Source: the human T2T-CHM13v2.0 reference genome, Homo sapiens
DNA length: 64,000 nucleotides
Reading direction: 5' to 3' (one strand)
NCBI RefSeq assembly: GCF_009914755.1
Contig: NC_060927.1
The notes beneath the pieces are model-generated. The model was not told where the DNA came from and made no database searches. It saw nothing but the letters and a program-made list of their open reading frames with translations. A program made the position numbers and the translations under genes. The number at the start of each line of letters is the position of its first letter. Positions within the stretch are counted from its first letter, which is position 1. Shown in pieces: positions 1 to 15,652 of this stretch.

Positions 1-383
1 CACCAGTTCTAAATGTTAACTGGCCTGGCAACTTCCCCTTCCTGCCTTTTGGATGCCAGCTGCCATGAAAGAGTTGCCATTAACCTGAGACCCCATGTTA
101 TGAGAAGTCCATACTATATGGTGAGACCTGGAGGATAAGACTCCATGTGGAAAGAGACAGAGGTCAAGGAGCACTGAGACATCAGACACATGAGTGAAGA
201 AACTAACTTGGAAGTAGATCTTCCATCCCCAGCCAAGCAACTAAAGCCATATGGATTGGAGATGAATTGTCCAGCTGAATCCTTTCAGAATTCCTGACTC
301 ATGGGATTGTGAATAAAATGATTAGATTACTTTAGGTCACTACATTTTGGAGTGGTTTGTTAGACAGCAATAGAAACAGGAAC
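1..383 (+). mobile_element. MLT1-family MaLR LTR, 3' part
   Basis: AATAAA followed by the typical MLT1 terminus ggagtggtttgtta..cagcaatag. Confidence 0.7.
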
Positions 384-384
384 T

Positions 385-1250
385 CGGGCACTATGTTAGG
401 AATTCAGCTAAATGAAATAGATATCCATGTCTAAAGGGACTTTAGTCTAGTGGAGGAGACAAATAATTAAATATGCAATGACAGAGGATATATAGAGTGT
501 TGCGGGAACACATAAATATGGCTCCTATCCCAAAGTTGGGACATCAGGGAAAGATTTACTGAGGAGGATCTGCCATTTAATCTTGGATCTAAAGGATACA
601 TAGGTGTTAGCTCCAAAAGGAGAGGAGAAAATGGTGTTCCAGGAAGATGGGAGAGCATGTGCAAAGATATTGAGGTGAGTGAGAATTGTGCTTATTCCAG
701 GAACTAGAAGAAACTTAGAGTGAAGACATCACAGACATTGTTCGGGGAGTAGCAATGGGTAAGGATGGTAGGGCACACAGGGGTCAGATCACAAAGGGCT
801 TTGATTGCTACATTAAGGAACCCTGCTTTTATTTTAAGAAAAATGGGAAGCCATTGAGAGATCTTAAGCAATGGAGAGACTTGATCAGTGTTTCAATTTA
901 GGAAAATGCCTCTGCACAGTCTGCAGCAAGGAATTAGACTGAAGGAGGAGCAAGGCTGAAGCAACAAGACCACTTAGCAGAACATTACTGTAATGCAGGT
1001 GAGAGAAAACGGCTGTCGGAACTAGGAAAGTGCATTTATGGCTGGAGATATGTGTATCACTCAGAATGATATTTAGGCAGTAAAAACCTACAGGAATAAG
1101 TAGTTGGATATATGGGTCGGAAGCTCCAGAAAGAGATTTGTAGAGAAATAGCTATCTATATCTATGAGTGTACCATTAGGGAAATGGAAGAATGATAAGA
1201 ATCAGAAGTCATCTACTGATGGGGCAGACATTAGAATAGATCAAGGGATC
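385..1250 (-). mobile_element. L2 LINE relic
   Basis: Reverse-complement L2 3' motifs (tttagtctagtggaggagac, gggaagccattga); boundaries approximate. Confidence 0.6.
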
Positions 1251-1289
1251 AAGAGGAGACTTCATTCAAATACTTAAGATGGAAATCAC

Positions 1290-1633
1290 AACATTGTATA
1301 TAGTATCAAAAAAGGTAGATACAATTAAAATGGCCAATATTAAGGAGTTGGTTAAATAGAGTTACACACTTTACACAAGTGTCTAAATAAAAAGATAACA
1401 ACGTGAAAAAATGCTGTTCAGTGAAAAGAGTAGTTTATAAAATAATATTGGTGTATCATAAATCCAAGCAATATATAAGTAGAGAAGAAAGATTGAAAGG
1501 ATCTTTATTGAGGTCTTCACAGTGATTTTTTTGATTACATAGATCACTGGGACTTTTATATTTTCATTTTGTTTATATGTATTTTCAAAAATTTCTATAG
1601 TAAACATATAGAATATACATTAATCATAAAAAA
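1290..1633 (+). mobile_element. Ancient L1M(E) 3' end relic
   Basis: Degenerate L1ME-like 3' UTR ending in an A-rich tail; approximate. Confidence 0.4.
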
Positions 1634-1904
1634 GCAGTTAAAGCACTTTTTAAAAATGGGCTTTCACTTACTTTTTATTAGTGCCCAGTGTTATTTCCAG
1701 CAATGACCCTGGAAATAAAATCCATAATACCCTTACAGATTGAAAATCATACCTTTGAGAAAGGCTGAAAATAGTCAAATTGATTGTAAGTGCACATAGT
1801 TAATGTATTACCCAATTACATATATCTGCCTCAAGTTCTACAAGCATCCATTTGCCTGAAACAATAGACAGTAGGTCAACTCCAATTATTCCATAGTATC
1901 CGAT

Positions 1905-2560
1905 TCCATTCATCAAATACTTTACTGAAGAAAGCTCTGTGGAACTCAATGACATGAACGAGATGAGTTCTGCCTTCAAAGAACTTTTAATTTAAATAGG
2001 AAAACAGAGATATGAACAGCAAATACTAATGCAATATGAAAACTGGTTAGTGTGGTAACAGGGATGGGAACAGACTCTTATGAAGAGTAAAGAAGAGGGG
2101 TTGACTTTTGCCAGGCAAGCAGAGGACGTGTCCTTTGAATAGGGCTTTGAAAGATGAGGGATGCTTACCAGGCAATCAGAAAAGAGCATGTAGAAGACCT
2201 GGATGTTGATGAGTTTCAGGCAAATTTAGGAACTTTAAAACAGACTTATTAGAAAAGAGTGTATGTGATGAAATTGGGGGGAAAGTAAATAAAGGGAAAA
2301 GGATTGTGAAAACCTTTAAATACTGGGTTAAACACTAACTTGACTCTGAATGGGGGAACATTACCAGACTTCTTGTGTGCAAATAAAAATACTGTGAGAA
2401 TGAACAGAAAAACAGAGAAGAAAAGTGGAATCCATTTAAGGATAAGGTGGATTTCATGGGACAGGGATGGAGGGCCTGCCCTAGCAGCTGTAGGAATGGA
2501 AACTAAGGAGCAAAATCAAGGGCCATTTTGGATTAAAGTGACTTCATGAATAACCTCATT
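1905..2560 (-). mobile_element. L2 LINE relic
   Basis: cattcatcaaatacttt...tctgccttcaaagaactt is the reverse complement of the L2 3' end; approximate. Confidence 0.55.
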
Positions 2561-4030
2561 TGTAGAATGCTAGGAAAAAACTAAATAGGAGGATAACTAA
2601 GCTGATTTCAAAATGACAAAGGTATTGTTTATGATTTTTGCCTATTCCCTCAGCCATCTTATTTTAAAACATTGGTCAAATAAATAATGGTTGAAAATTC
2701 TAAACAAGACAGCCATCAAAGTAAAAGAAAAGATAAGTTTAAAGAGTCAAGTCCAAAGACAAAGAATTTGGATTTAGACACATGGTGAAGTTCAACTGGA
2801 AATATTGTGGCATTCAGGAGAAGGGACTAGCCTGGGTAAAGAAATTCGATAGCCAACAGAATATAAGAGTTGAACAAAGCAACGGGATGATGGCGTAAAG
2901 GCGAGGGCTGTAGGGCATTAATATTTTTGAATACTTACCCTGCTTCAGATGCTTTACACACATTATCCATTGATTCTCACAACAATTTATAAAATGGCCA
3001 TCATGGCAGAAAGCATAAGTATGATACAAACTGAGAAGTCTTTACATTTGACCATTAGGAGGTTACTTTCAATGGACTGATCAAAGCAAAACGTTATAAG
3101 CCAGAATGCAGTGGGCTGAGGTGCGAATGCGAATCAGGAAGGCAGAAGGAGTTCAACAAAATGAAGCAGCGGGAGAGAGCATGGAGCCAGAAGGGAGGCC
3201 AAGGAAGAGGAAGGCATGAAGGGAGCTGAGTTAACCAAGAAGAGAAGGAGAACTGAATGAAGAGGAAGAGGCTGGACATTCCAGACAGATAAAGGAAAAC
3301 CGATTTCTGTTATCAAGGAAGGTGGAAAGGAGGACATAAGAGATACAAAAGAAGAGCTAGCCAGAAAGAAAATATTGGGTACCCTGAGAATAGAGACAGG
3401 AATGGTGAGGAAAAAAGGTAAGACAAGGGAACAAAAAAAACAATGCTTAGATATTTCAGAGCTAAATGGTCTCTTTTAGTCTCTCATTGGCTTCTAATAA
3501 GAGTAGCATGGATGGTCTGTGACTTTAATATGGGAAAGAAGTGCCTTATTTGCTCTCAATTTTCGTAACATTCCATGGGTTAATAATATTACTTTAAAAT
3601 GTCTGACAATCCAACTTCCTCACTGCCAGATAGAAGAAAGCTTAACTACTTTCTTGTTTTTACAGTGTATGTAATTTGAATCTGGTAATAGAAGAGTTAA
3701 TAAACATTGCAAAATTCTGTTTTAATCTACAGAGTAAAATTCAAGCCACAAAAATCGCAGTTTGTTATTCATTCGAGAATATCAAAGGAACCTCTTCTGA
3801 GGCAAATAATATACTCAATTTCAAATGATATTAGGAATACAGAAAATAATGTATACATATAATGTGTCAAGGGCAAAAAAACAGTATAAATAAAATCATC
3901 AACAATGAGAGAAGAGCTAAAATGGTGCAGGAACAGCTTTTATGTGGTAGAAATGCGAAGTGAAGCCATTGTATATAACAAATACGTATTGGTTGGGGAT
4001 GCTCAATACATAGGTTTAAAAAAGTCTAAG

Positions 4031-4042
4031 CACACACAAGCA

Positions 4043-4077
<35 letters not shown>
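4031..4077. repeat. (CA)n microsatellite
   Basis: Direct reading. Confidence 0.95.
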
Positions 4078-4588
4078 TATATAATAATCTGACTAAACTA
4101 CTCAAAACTCATATCTAAATCAAAGGTAGCTGAGGTCAACAGAAAAAGACTATGAGAAACTCATTCTTCTGTGACATTATAGTTATGAGGGAATACATTA
4201 TTATGTAAACTTAATTTTAAAAGACAGGAGAAAATCTGTTTTCTGCTGACCAAAGAAGTGACTTATTGATACAAAAGGAACACTAAAGTACAAAAATACC
4301 CACTGTCAATAATATGATACAGAGTTAGCAAACCATATACATGATCTCCATGTGGTTATGAATGTAATAGTTGTAAGTGGGTGAGTATTAATACACATTA
4401 TTTTACGGTTGCAAGTTCACTAGGATCAATTAATCTAATGCAATGGTCAACAATATGACTTCATATGTTAATTGCCTGGGTTTACTATGGGATGATACTG
4501 CCAGAAAAGGCTTATGAGACAAGAAAATTACTTCGTGGGATAGCATTTGGTAACTTCCACTGAGAAGTAGAAATTATCTGATTTGTTA

Positions 4589-4900
<312 letters not shown>

Positions 4901-5234
4901 TTATTCAAATAAACTATTTGGATAGTAATGAAATGTCACCTTTAAATTGTTTTTCAAATCTGAACGTTCTCAGTCACATTAAGGAGATATTATTGAAAAA
5001 GGTTTTACCTCACAAGGTTTGTGAATTACTGCATAAACTATTTTTCTCTAAGGGATTGTAATTGACATTAGCATGTTATAGGGTCTTAGAAGTCATGCAA
5101 TAAAAAAATTCACTTAACATGGCTTAATTTAGTACAGCCCAAATGTATTTGGTATATTTTGTCCCTCCAATATGTTCTCTGAAAGACTCAAAGATGGTAT
5201 TACAGAGGACCTGAAGATGAGCTGCTACATTTAG

Positions 5235-5546
<312 letters not shown>

Positions 5547-6699
5547 AAGAAAAATTACTCTTAACAATCTTTGCAGAGAAAGATATAATGGAGGTCAACC
5601 TGTTCAGTCCAATACAACCCATTTTTTTTTCTCTGAAATTATAGTAGATCACTATTTCTTCAGCTGAACACAAAATGAAGTTGTTGGCTTGCATTTAGGC
5701 TGGTGAGTGAAAAACACAACACCATTCAACAATAAAATGCCCTACTCCTCTGCTGGAGATGGGTGGGAAGCACGATGGATCTGGGGAACATTCATGCCTT
5801 TCTATTTTCTCTTATCCCAGGGCGTATGTTTATCGATTATAAGGGCAATGAAGTACTACATTATATAAACTGTGGACCCATTTCCCTTGTTCATTCTCTA
5901 CCATCCACCTTGTTTACCTGAACTCAGGAAAGTTGATGCTCAAATAATATTTCTTTGCATCTTTCTTTACTTTCCTAATCTCACTATCTCCCTCTTTGCC
6001 TCTTTCTTATGTTTCCTTTATTAACAAACAGCTGAGCAACTTGCCTACTTATCCAAACTAGAAATGTTTTAGTTATCTTTGACTTCTTTCTTCTCCCTCA
6101 AACTACTCCCCAATTCATTTCTATTCTGTCAATAAAAACTCTCTAGAATCTATTCTCTAATTTTTATTTCTTGTATGTGCTACTGCAACAATCTTTTAAT
6201 TGGTCTCCTAGCCTCCCAGTCACTCCATTGCTTCCAAAATTACACTAATATGCATCACATGCTGGCTATTCATGTGCTCTTCAAAATAAGAAATGGCTCT
6301 CTAATTGTTTAGAGAATAAAATATAAATGACTAAGCAAAACACTCGAGTATCTGCATAATCTGGCTTACATTTGCTGTCTCAGCTTCGTCTCGTTCCCTA
6401 CCGTGTGTTTCATGTTAGTTTTCCAGGAGACCACATCTGTGTGGTCCCATGTCCATAAAACCCCTTCTTCTTAACTGAGAACCTTCTCATTTGTCCAGAT
6501 CAAGAACAAATGTAGCCAATCACGAAACCTTCATTCTTCTCAGTTAGAATCAGTCTTTCTCCTTGGGGCACAGTTGCAGCTCCTATATTGCTTTTTTTTT
6601 AAAAAAAAACCTATATTCACTTATTTCATTTTAGTCCTCTTATTTTTGTGAATGAAAGCAGCAATGAATGTTGTTAAAATAGCTTGGGAAATGCATTCA

Positions 6700-6984
6700 G
6701 GCCAAGTGGAATGGCTCATGCCTGCCTGCAATCCCAGCACTTTGGGAGGCTGAGGCGGGACGATCGCTTGAGATCAGGAGTTCGAGAACAGCCTGGGCAA
6801 CACAGTGAAATACCATCTCTACAAAAAAATAAAAATAAACTTAGCTGGGTGCTGTGGTACAAGCCTGTAGTCTCAGCTACTTGGGAGGCTGAGATGGGAG
6901 GATCACTCGAGCTCTGGGGTGAGTCCCTGTTTCTAAAAACAAAACAAAACCAACCAAACCAAACCAAACCAAACCAAACCAAAC
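6700..6984 (+). mobile_element. AluJ-like element with right-arm deletion and (AAAAC)/(AAACC)n tail
   Basis: Intact left arm; right arm jumps from gatcactcgagc to ctggggtgagtccctgtttc. Confidence 0.85.
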
Positions 6985-6987
6985 ATA

Positions 6988-7630
6988 CAGTTTCGTTTTC
7001 ATTACTTGCAGATTCCATATCTGCAAATTCGCTGACTTGGTGTAATTTATTTGTAAACCCCCAAATTGGTATCTGTGGCATTTTCATGGTCATATTCCCA
7101 CAGACTCACAAAGAGGCCAAAAATTTGAGCGCCTGATGTGCATGTTCCCAGCTGAGGTAAAACAAGGATACACTTTGCTTTCTTGTGTCAGTTCTCACAC
7201 GGTAAACAAGCGTCCTTTTCATGGTTTATTTAGTGCCATGTTTGTCGAAATGTTTTAAGCTTTATATTAGTGATTTCCCTGCTTAAAATGGCCCTCAAAA
7301 GAAGTGCTGAAGGGCTTGTTAGTGTTTCCACGCCCTAGAAGGCTGTAATGTGCCTTAAAGAAATATATCTACGAAATCAGCTTTGCTGAGGCATGGCTTA
7401 TTGGGTTCCATGTTAATAAATGAACAATATATATTAAATAAGCCTCTTTAAAAACACATACATAAAACAAGGTTATGTATTGGTCAGTGGACAAATATGT
7501 TGTGGCTAGAGGTTAGAAGGAACCTAGCCCTGTATTTCTCCTAGGCCCAATGAATGGTTCAACATTTGCTAACTCACTGTTCACAAGAATTTTAAAACAC
7601 ATAAATATTGTGGATAATGAGATTTCCCTG
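6988..7630 (-). mobile_element. MER82 (TcMar-Tigger) DNA transposon
   Basis: CAG...CTG termini; internal gttcccagctgaggt, cacatacataaaacaaggttatgtattg and gaacctagccctgtatttctcctagg match recalled MER82. Confidence 0.8.
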
Positions 7631-8453
7631 TCAATATTTTTATATAAGAATTTTACTTAAAAATGCATTTTATAAAAAGATTATTAGAAACCTGAAGCAC
7701 AGAGGCTTTGTTTCTGGGCATAGTAATACACTTCTCTGTGTGTGGAGAATGAAGGAATGATGTCTTTACAGCAGTCACAGAAAAAACTGTATTTTCAGGT
7801 ATATTTTACGATTTATTCGTTAATTCTCCACCTTAAAGGAGTTTTCCCCCTTTGGTTATGTTAAAGAAGCAGCTGTTTTGTTTCATTTGGTGGTACCATG
7901 TCCAGTTCTACAGATTCTGGAGTGAGAAAGAGGTACACTAGCTTCCTAATTGCTATCATGTGGATTATTATACTTGTTAAGTCTTTGGGAGAAACAATCC
8001 AGTAAAGTTTACATTTCTACAGAGTTCTCAGCATAAGGTGATAATATCTAAGAACAAATAGCCTTCAGGATCCCATCGTTGTGGTATAAATTCACACGAT
8101 TATCTTTCAAAAATTTCAAGACCTGTCACAGAAGTTCTAATACTCAAAAATCACAAAATTATATATCCATATGTTAAATTACGTATACACACACAGGACA
8201 GATACATGAGCTAATATGTATCATTTTTATATTCCATTCTAAGTTCCAAAAGAATCTTTCAAAGCACAGATTGCTTTTTTGGAAGCAGCAAGGAGAATTT
8301 TTACTTCCTGCTGACCAGCACTATTTTATTTAAAGGCAACTGTTTGTGGACCTTAGGAATCAGTCTTCTCTTGACCACCTAGTATAATAATTGCTGAAAA
8401 TGGGCTGAAACAATCATATTACACTGTTTACATCTGTTTGGATGCTCCTCTTA

Positions 8454-8639
<186 letters not shown>

Positions 8640-11223
8640 TTAAACTTTTTCCATTAGTCACAAGTTAATTATTTTTTGTAAATATGATTTTATAATTCAT
8701 TTATATATACAGAGATAAACACGCTTTTTCATTAATTTTAAACAGAACTTTGTACAAGAGAACATGCAAGGTACTGCCATGAATAACTGCAAAATAAATA
8801 GCAAAAAAGCAATAAAACCATGAATGAATGTTTCAAGTCATATCATTAATAGTGATCTTCCTGCAGCAATTAATTGCATTATGGATTATCATCTCAAACA
8901 AATGAGCTGTAGATATATTTTCTCGAGTGCCTTTCTATTATTTAATTGCTGGAACTTAAAATACAATATGATACAGATACGATCTATTAGAGTTCCACTG
9001 TTGCATTAAATCACTGAATATATATAATTTGTACTTGTCCATTGAAATGTTTTAGGCACAATGAAATTACTAGTTCCCTTCAGAAAGGCAAGTACAGATG
9101 AAATAATAGCTGGAATAACTGATAGAACTAATGACAAAAGAAGCAGAAAAATGATTTTTAAAAGGGACAGAAGTGTTTTCAGCCACTGTTTCTGTACAAT
9201 GATGGCTTATGGTAAAATGATGTTGCTTGAACATTCTTAGTAGTTTGACATAGCCCAATCATTCAAGTGCTCCAGTGTTCTCATTTTAGATCTGGCATAT
9301 TTTTTAAACACAAGAGGCTATATATTTGAGAGCATTTATTTTAACAAAAACTTTAGGTCAACAAATATTTTGGGACAAAATATCCCCTTTCCAATATGTT
9401 ATATTTTTGATTCATATGTGAATTATAGACAATGAGTCTATGATTATTTTTCTCATAAGTTCCCTTTATATCAGTGCATTATGTTGGCCTTAGTTTTTTA
9501 ACCCTATCCAATCCTTCTCCAAGTCATGTAATATATGAATCAGGTCTGATCATATTCAATGAGCCTTGATTTTTTTGTCACTTGGGAATTTTCAGTCAAA
9601 TGGCAGTGTTTGTTAAGCCAGATGTTCTTGTACTGGTAGGTTACCACACTAAGCGTGGGCTAGGGACAGGCTGTTATTAATAAACTACGATTATCAGTCC
9701 TATGTGTATGTCTCTCACTTCTCTCGTCCACCACTCCGGTGTCCAGCATTGGGATAACTGTGCATGTGTTGTAGACTAGACATTAACCCACATCTTCCTC
9801 TGGATTTCCTGATATACATCTACTGTAGCAACTCCATCAGTCCGGAGAGGCCTATCACAGATCTCTCCTATACCTTATTTACTTGCTTTGTTCTCTTCCC
9901 TAATTACCATCACGCATCTTTACATCTTTTTACCATATATTCACAGAATATCAAATGATATATAGCAGTAGAACACCCAGATCTAGGTATCTAAGCTGAG
10001 GGATGCTGAAGGTCAATTAAAGATTAATAACCTAGAATCATTGTTTATTTTCCCATTAAGATATGGTTTTCTCTATGTGACTAAAAATTCAAAGATCAAA
10101 TGGCATAAGATAATCAAATATTAAAATATTTCATACGATTTTCTTAAAAGTAGATCCTTGAAATATTTCTCTTAATTCAGGATTGACTTAGCTTCAAAAA
10201 AGAAGTCATTTAATAAGATGTTAATTGTTAAAACAAACAAATAACATATAATAGAATCAGAGTAAATCTAAAAGGTAAAGGGCCATTTCTAAGCTCCCTT
10301 AATTCCAACAGAAACACAGGCTAGACAATGCCAGACCAGCGTGTTAGTTAAGGGAAAACTGTAAAATGCAAATGCCATATTCATTACAGAAGAAGGGTGG
10401 AGACTCTTGGCTAAAAGCCCCTAAGAACAACTTTAATCCAGTTGCTGGGAAGTGGCATTTCTACCCTCTCCTGGAGAAACATTGCTAGAGTCAAGATCAG
10501 TCGGTTTTGTTCTCATTGTGGTGTGATGTGCCACATGTTAGTTCTAATAACGAACTGCCTTTAATTAGAAAAACAGGACTTAAGTACCCAGCAAGCTCCC
10601 ATCTGCAGCCCCTATCAGGAAAACAGCTGGCAAACAGCTGTAACAGCATGAAGACCACAGGGAAGAGGCCTCAATGTGGCTTTGGGAGGCACTTACAGAC
10701 TGAGGTTGGGAGGTTGCTTTACGAGGCTTCAGAGCAAGAACTGAGGGATCGTAGAGGGATGATAAACTGAGACAGGCTCCTATTGTACCTGAATCTCATG
10801 TTATTGTCTCTCCGGCTTTTGATTCTGCTCAAGTGTCCTCAAACATTATGTGCTTTTATAGGCTCGTTTCAAATGGCAACATATTTAGCAGGTTAACTCT
10901 GTGCAACATTTTTAGTTATATTTTGGCCAACGGGGAAAAAGTTTCAACTGCCTTTAAAGATTAACCAGACATGTTTCTTCTGGCTTTGCTAAAGCTCATT
11001 AACAAGGAAGAAAATAGGACACTCAGTCTTTTTGCCAAATAGAACATAAAATGATTTAGTGAGTGGAAAGTCCCTCAAATTGCAGAGACAAGACACATGC
11101 CTGAGACTCAAATTACATACAGTGATTTAGACATGTCACCTACATACGTCAGTCCATTAGCACTCAATTTGTAATCTTGGAAAGTACCAGCTTTTTAAAG
11201 GAGAAGTTCTTTGGTTCATCTTA

Positions 11224-11379
<156 letters not shown>

Positions 11380-13001
11380 TCATGAGCGATTTCACATCTC
11401 TGCTTTCTCTATATTTCTGAGTAACTAAAGAAACAAATTGGACCATTTATTTGCCTTTTTTCTCTTCTATTGTTGTATTCAGATTGTCAGGATATAAAAA
11501 GGCTTATACTCCAAATATATATAAACTATAAATAACTTTAATAATATAATATCAATATGATTTTAATAAGAATCACAAAAATGTCTGCAAATCATAAAAA
11601 ATAAATCACAATACATAAAAATAAAACTGAAACCTGTCAGCAAGGTTATATCTAATAAAAAATATATCTATGATTAAAAAAAACAAATATCTTAATTTGC
11701 CCCAGAAATGCTTCTGCTTACTTAGGCAAAGGTGAAAATCCAAATGATAAGCTTGCCACTGGAATGTAGTCAGTAATAATCTGTCGTCTAGTTGCATTCC
11801 AGGTTCTTTATTATGGTCTGACATACCAAATCTGCTTACAAGCAGTATAAACAATAAATCAGAGTTCTGAAATATTTGTGCGGAGGCTCTCAGGGCTTTC
11901 CGAAGTCCACAGTAAAACAATATACTATGAAGGAATAATGTGACAATAGTTTGAATCACCACTGCAAACTCCATGATTACAGAAACTGTCCTGTTCATCT
12001 TTGTCAGTTTTTGTTATGAACTTATGCAGGAGTCTCGATCCATATTTATTAAATTGGGTTATTATACCAATCAAGTACTTTCTTAAACTTGAGAAAAGCC
12101 TAGCTGACTTCATTCTCGAGTTAAAACATAATATTAACTTAAATGAAATTTTTAAGTTATATTTTTGTCATCTTCAACTGTGATAAATCGCATTTTCAAA
12201 GAAAATGTTCCCAACCCAAACCTAAAGAAAATGTCTATGTCTCCAATTATCTCCAGTGTATTCTTTACCTGGAATAGGTGGGGATGCATTGCCCCCATCT
12301 ATTCACATTAGAGCAATCCTGGTTTTCCTAGAGGTATAACTTTGCAAATCATGATATTATAGCAGTAGCCTAAAGGACTACAAAGAAACCAAACACCTAT
12401 CTTTTCCAACTCATACACATTACAATACAGAAACATTTCCTTCAGGCCACAGAATACTATTCTGCGGCTTCAAGTTAATACTAAACTCAATTTATTTTAG
12501 GTTCTATACGGACAGACTTCAATCAGGTCAACCAAGGAAATTTAGGTTCTAAAATTATACACTGTAGCAGTCTTAATAACCACACGAGGTGGGAGACATA
12601 CAACAAATTGAACCACTTCTCCAGTTCAAGTTTAATTTAATTATTTTATTTCAGGTTGATATAAAAATGCCATTGGTTTATATAACCACATAGAAGCAAT
12701 TATCTTCCATCCTCTAGTGGAAAGAATGGGATAGTCTATTTATTGAAAATGCGAGGTATTGTGACAGTTGTACATCTGCCTCATGAATAAAAGATTGTCC
12801 GTCCCAATCCCTCACCTGCTATTAAATTTAAATTAATCTCAAAACCATTTGAAAATACTTATATATTATTATAAAATAAATTTTCCAAGGTTATTGTTGT
12901 GCTAATTAACTCTTTGACACTGGAAATTTTGAAACCAAAGAAATAAGAAAATCTCAGCGACAGAAGAAAAGATTTTACTTGCTAGTCGCAGACAAGTTTC
13001 A

Positions 13002-13445
<444 letters not shown>

Positions 13446-14224
13446 TTATTCCTTTTAAATTTCTTTTTACGTAGCTTTGCGAGTCATCAGAAAATCGTTA
13501 TGTAAAGTACAAGTGGGCTTAAATAAGATCAATAAAAACGGCCAAATATCCACATGTGCTTTCTAAAGAAAATTAATAATTGAAAAAATAAAAGAGGGTA
13601 CACAGAATTTGTAGAGACTAAATAAATTTGAATTTCTGATAGTGCTGAAGTAAACAATTCATCCAATTTAAAATAATTTTCATTTAATAACCTCATTAAT
13701 AGGAATTCCACTAAAATAATATATACATGTATATCTTTATGTGTCAACTTTTTATTTTCTAGTCTTTGGTTACTGAATTATTTGAAGCTACTGGTTAGCT
13801 GCTGAAGCAACAGACAAAGCACATAAATGAAAAATCCAAAGGAAAAAACTATTCATAGATCAAAGAACTTGAGATTTTGGTATTTTATAAAATACCTACA
13901 TTTAAAAGATATGGGAACAGGGGTAAAATGATAGTAAATGGTACTAAGGAGAATTCTATTAGTTCTTGTTGTAGTCCTGTTGGATAATCATTATCCGGAA
14001 AACATGCTATATAATTATTTTCTCATGGTTTCATAATGACAACCAAAGAAATATAAAATGACAATAATAATAATAACAAAAGGAATCATAGTAACCTGGG
14101 TAATTGAATCAAATAAGCCTGAAATAATACTTAAATATCTAATATCTCATTTCCACTCCAGTTTTCTCTCTATTGAAATATTTGGACATTAAATAACTGA
14201 ATATACATACATAATATATACATT

Positions 14225-14229
<5 letters not shown>

Positions 14230-14264
<35 letters not shown>
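14230..14264. repeat. (TA)n microsatellite
   Basis: Direct reading. Confidence 0.95.
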
Positions 14265-14267
<3 letters not shown>

Positions 14268-14712
14268 CTGCAGTTGAAAATATTAAAATGGTAGGAAGAA
14301 CTGAAATCATATTTTTAAATTAAAATAGATTTTAAATAGAAAAATTAGTTAAATTACAATGGTAAAAATGTCATTATTTTATGCATGTTGTCCAAAAGTG
14401 GTACCAACATTAACAAGTCACCTGTAGCATTGGTTTTTAACTGGATATGTTTAAAAATTATAAATTAACATGTTTGTTACTAAAGATGTAAATGTGAATA
14501 TAATCTTAAGAAAAATGTGTAATTTCTCTATCCTACTGAATTCAACTATTCTGCATTTCAACCATGAACCGTCAGGGAACAGAAATATTTGATTCATCTG
14601 GACTTTGTGATTCTTATTTCTAATTTCTAGTTTTGTTTAACAGTGGTTAAGAAATACTATAAAGATCATGTGGTTTTTGCATTCTCATTTTGTTTCGCCA
14701 ATCTGTCTATAT

Positions 14713-14913
14713 TTGTGTTATCCAACAGAACTTTGGAGATATTGGACATGGTCTACTCCACTTTGTCTGATACAGCAGCCACCAGTCACACGTGGCCACT
14801 GAGCACTAGAAATGTAGCTAGTGCAAAAGAGGGACTGAGTTTTAAACTATATTTTATTAAATTCAATGTAAATAGCCATCTGTTGCCAATGGCTACCATA
14901 TTGGACAACACAG
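14713..14913 (+). mobile_element. MER3 (hAT-Charlie)
   Basis: tccaacagaacttt...gtggccactgagcactagaaatgtagctagtg...ggctaccatattggacaacacag. Confidence 0.8.
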
Positions 14914-15462
14914 CTCTACCTATTAAATGGGTATCGCCATTTTTTCTCTCCTATAGGTCTCAACCCAGTTTTTCTTGTACTTATGATTACATGAGTATCT
15001 ATCTGTCTAGACATTCAGAATATGGGCCTCTAGAGGACAGAGACTTGGTCACATGGATACGTCACATCCACGTCCAGTGGACACTCAGGATTCGCTTTAA
15101 GGGCAGACATGCAGACTGCTCTATGATTTGTTCTTTATAGTGCATAGCATCTTTACTTAAATCCAACTTCTCTCTCGCCTTTCCGTAATTCCACAGGTTA
15201 TTTTACTTCTATCATCATAGAGATTCCATACAATAATTTTAATATTTCCTATATTGGCAATATTGGGTTTTTTTTTGGGGGGGGGAGGGGTTGTTTGGTA
15301 AGAAATCTTTGGTAATTTTTATTCCTTTAAATCTTGCAGACTGTACATCTGATTTTTTACTATTATGTTTTGGCATGAAATTTTAGCAAGATAATTTACT
15401 CACACATACATCTGACTCAAAAAACAAACAATAGAAAATAAATGTATGCATGCACACCTGCA

Positions 15463-15652
15463 GTGTGTGTGTGTGTATATATATGTGTGTATGTGTGTAT
15501 ATATATACACTTATATACATATATGTATGTGTGTATACACACATACATATATGTATATGTGTATATATATACTTACATATAGGTGTATATACATACATAT
15601 ATGTGTGTATATATATACACACACACTTAATATGTACATATATATATATATC
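15463..15652. repeat. Compound (TG)/(TA)/(CA) repeat containing a perfect 46-bp palindrome
   Basis: Direct reading; palindrome at 15513-15558. Confidence 0.9.

Noticed and set aside
6684-7136. 150-aa and 125-aa overlapping ORFs
   Set aside because: Composed of Alu, pentanucleotide tail and MER82 sequence.
9600-9930. Higher-complexity segment suspected to be a pseudogene or ancient LINE fragment
   Set aside because: No frame gave a recognisable protein; it cannot be assigned without a Dfam or BLAST search.
14643-15140. 165-aa plus-strand ORF
   Set aside because: Non-ATG start, spans MER3, and has no recognisable domain or exon structure.
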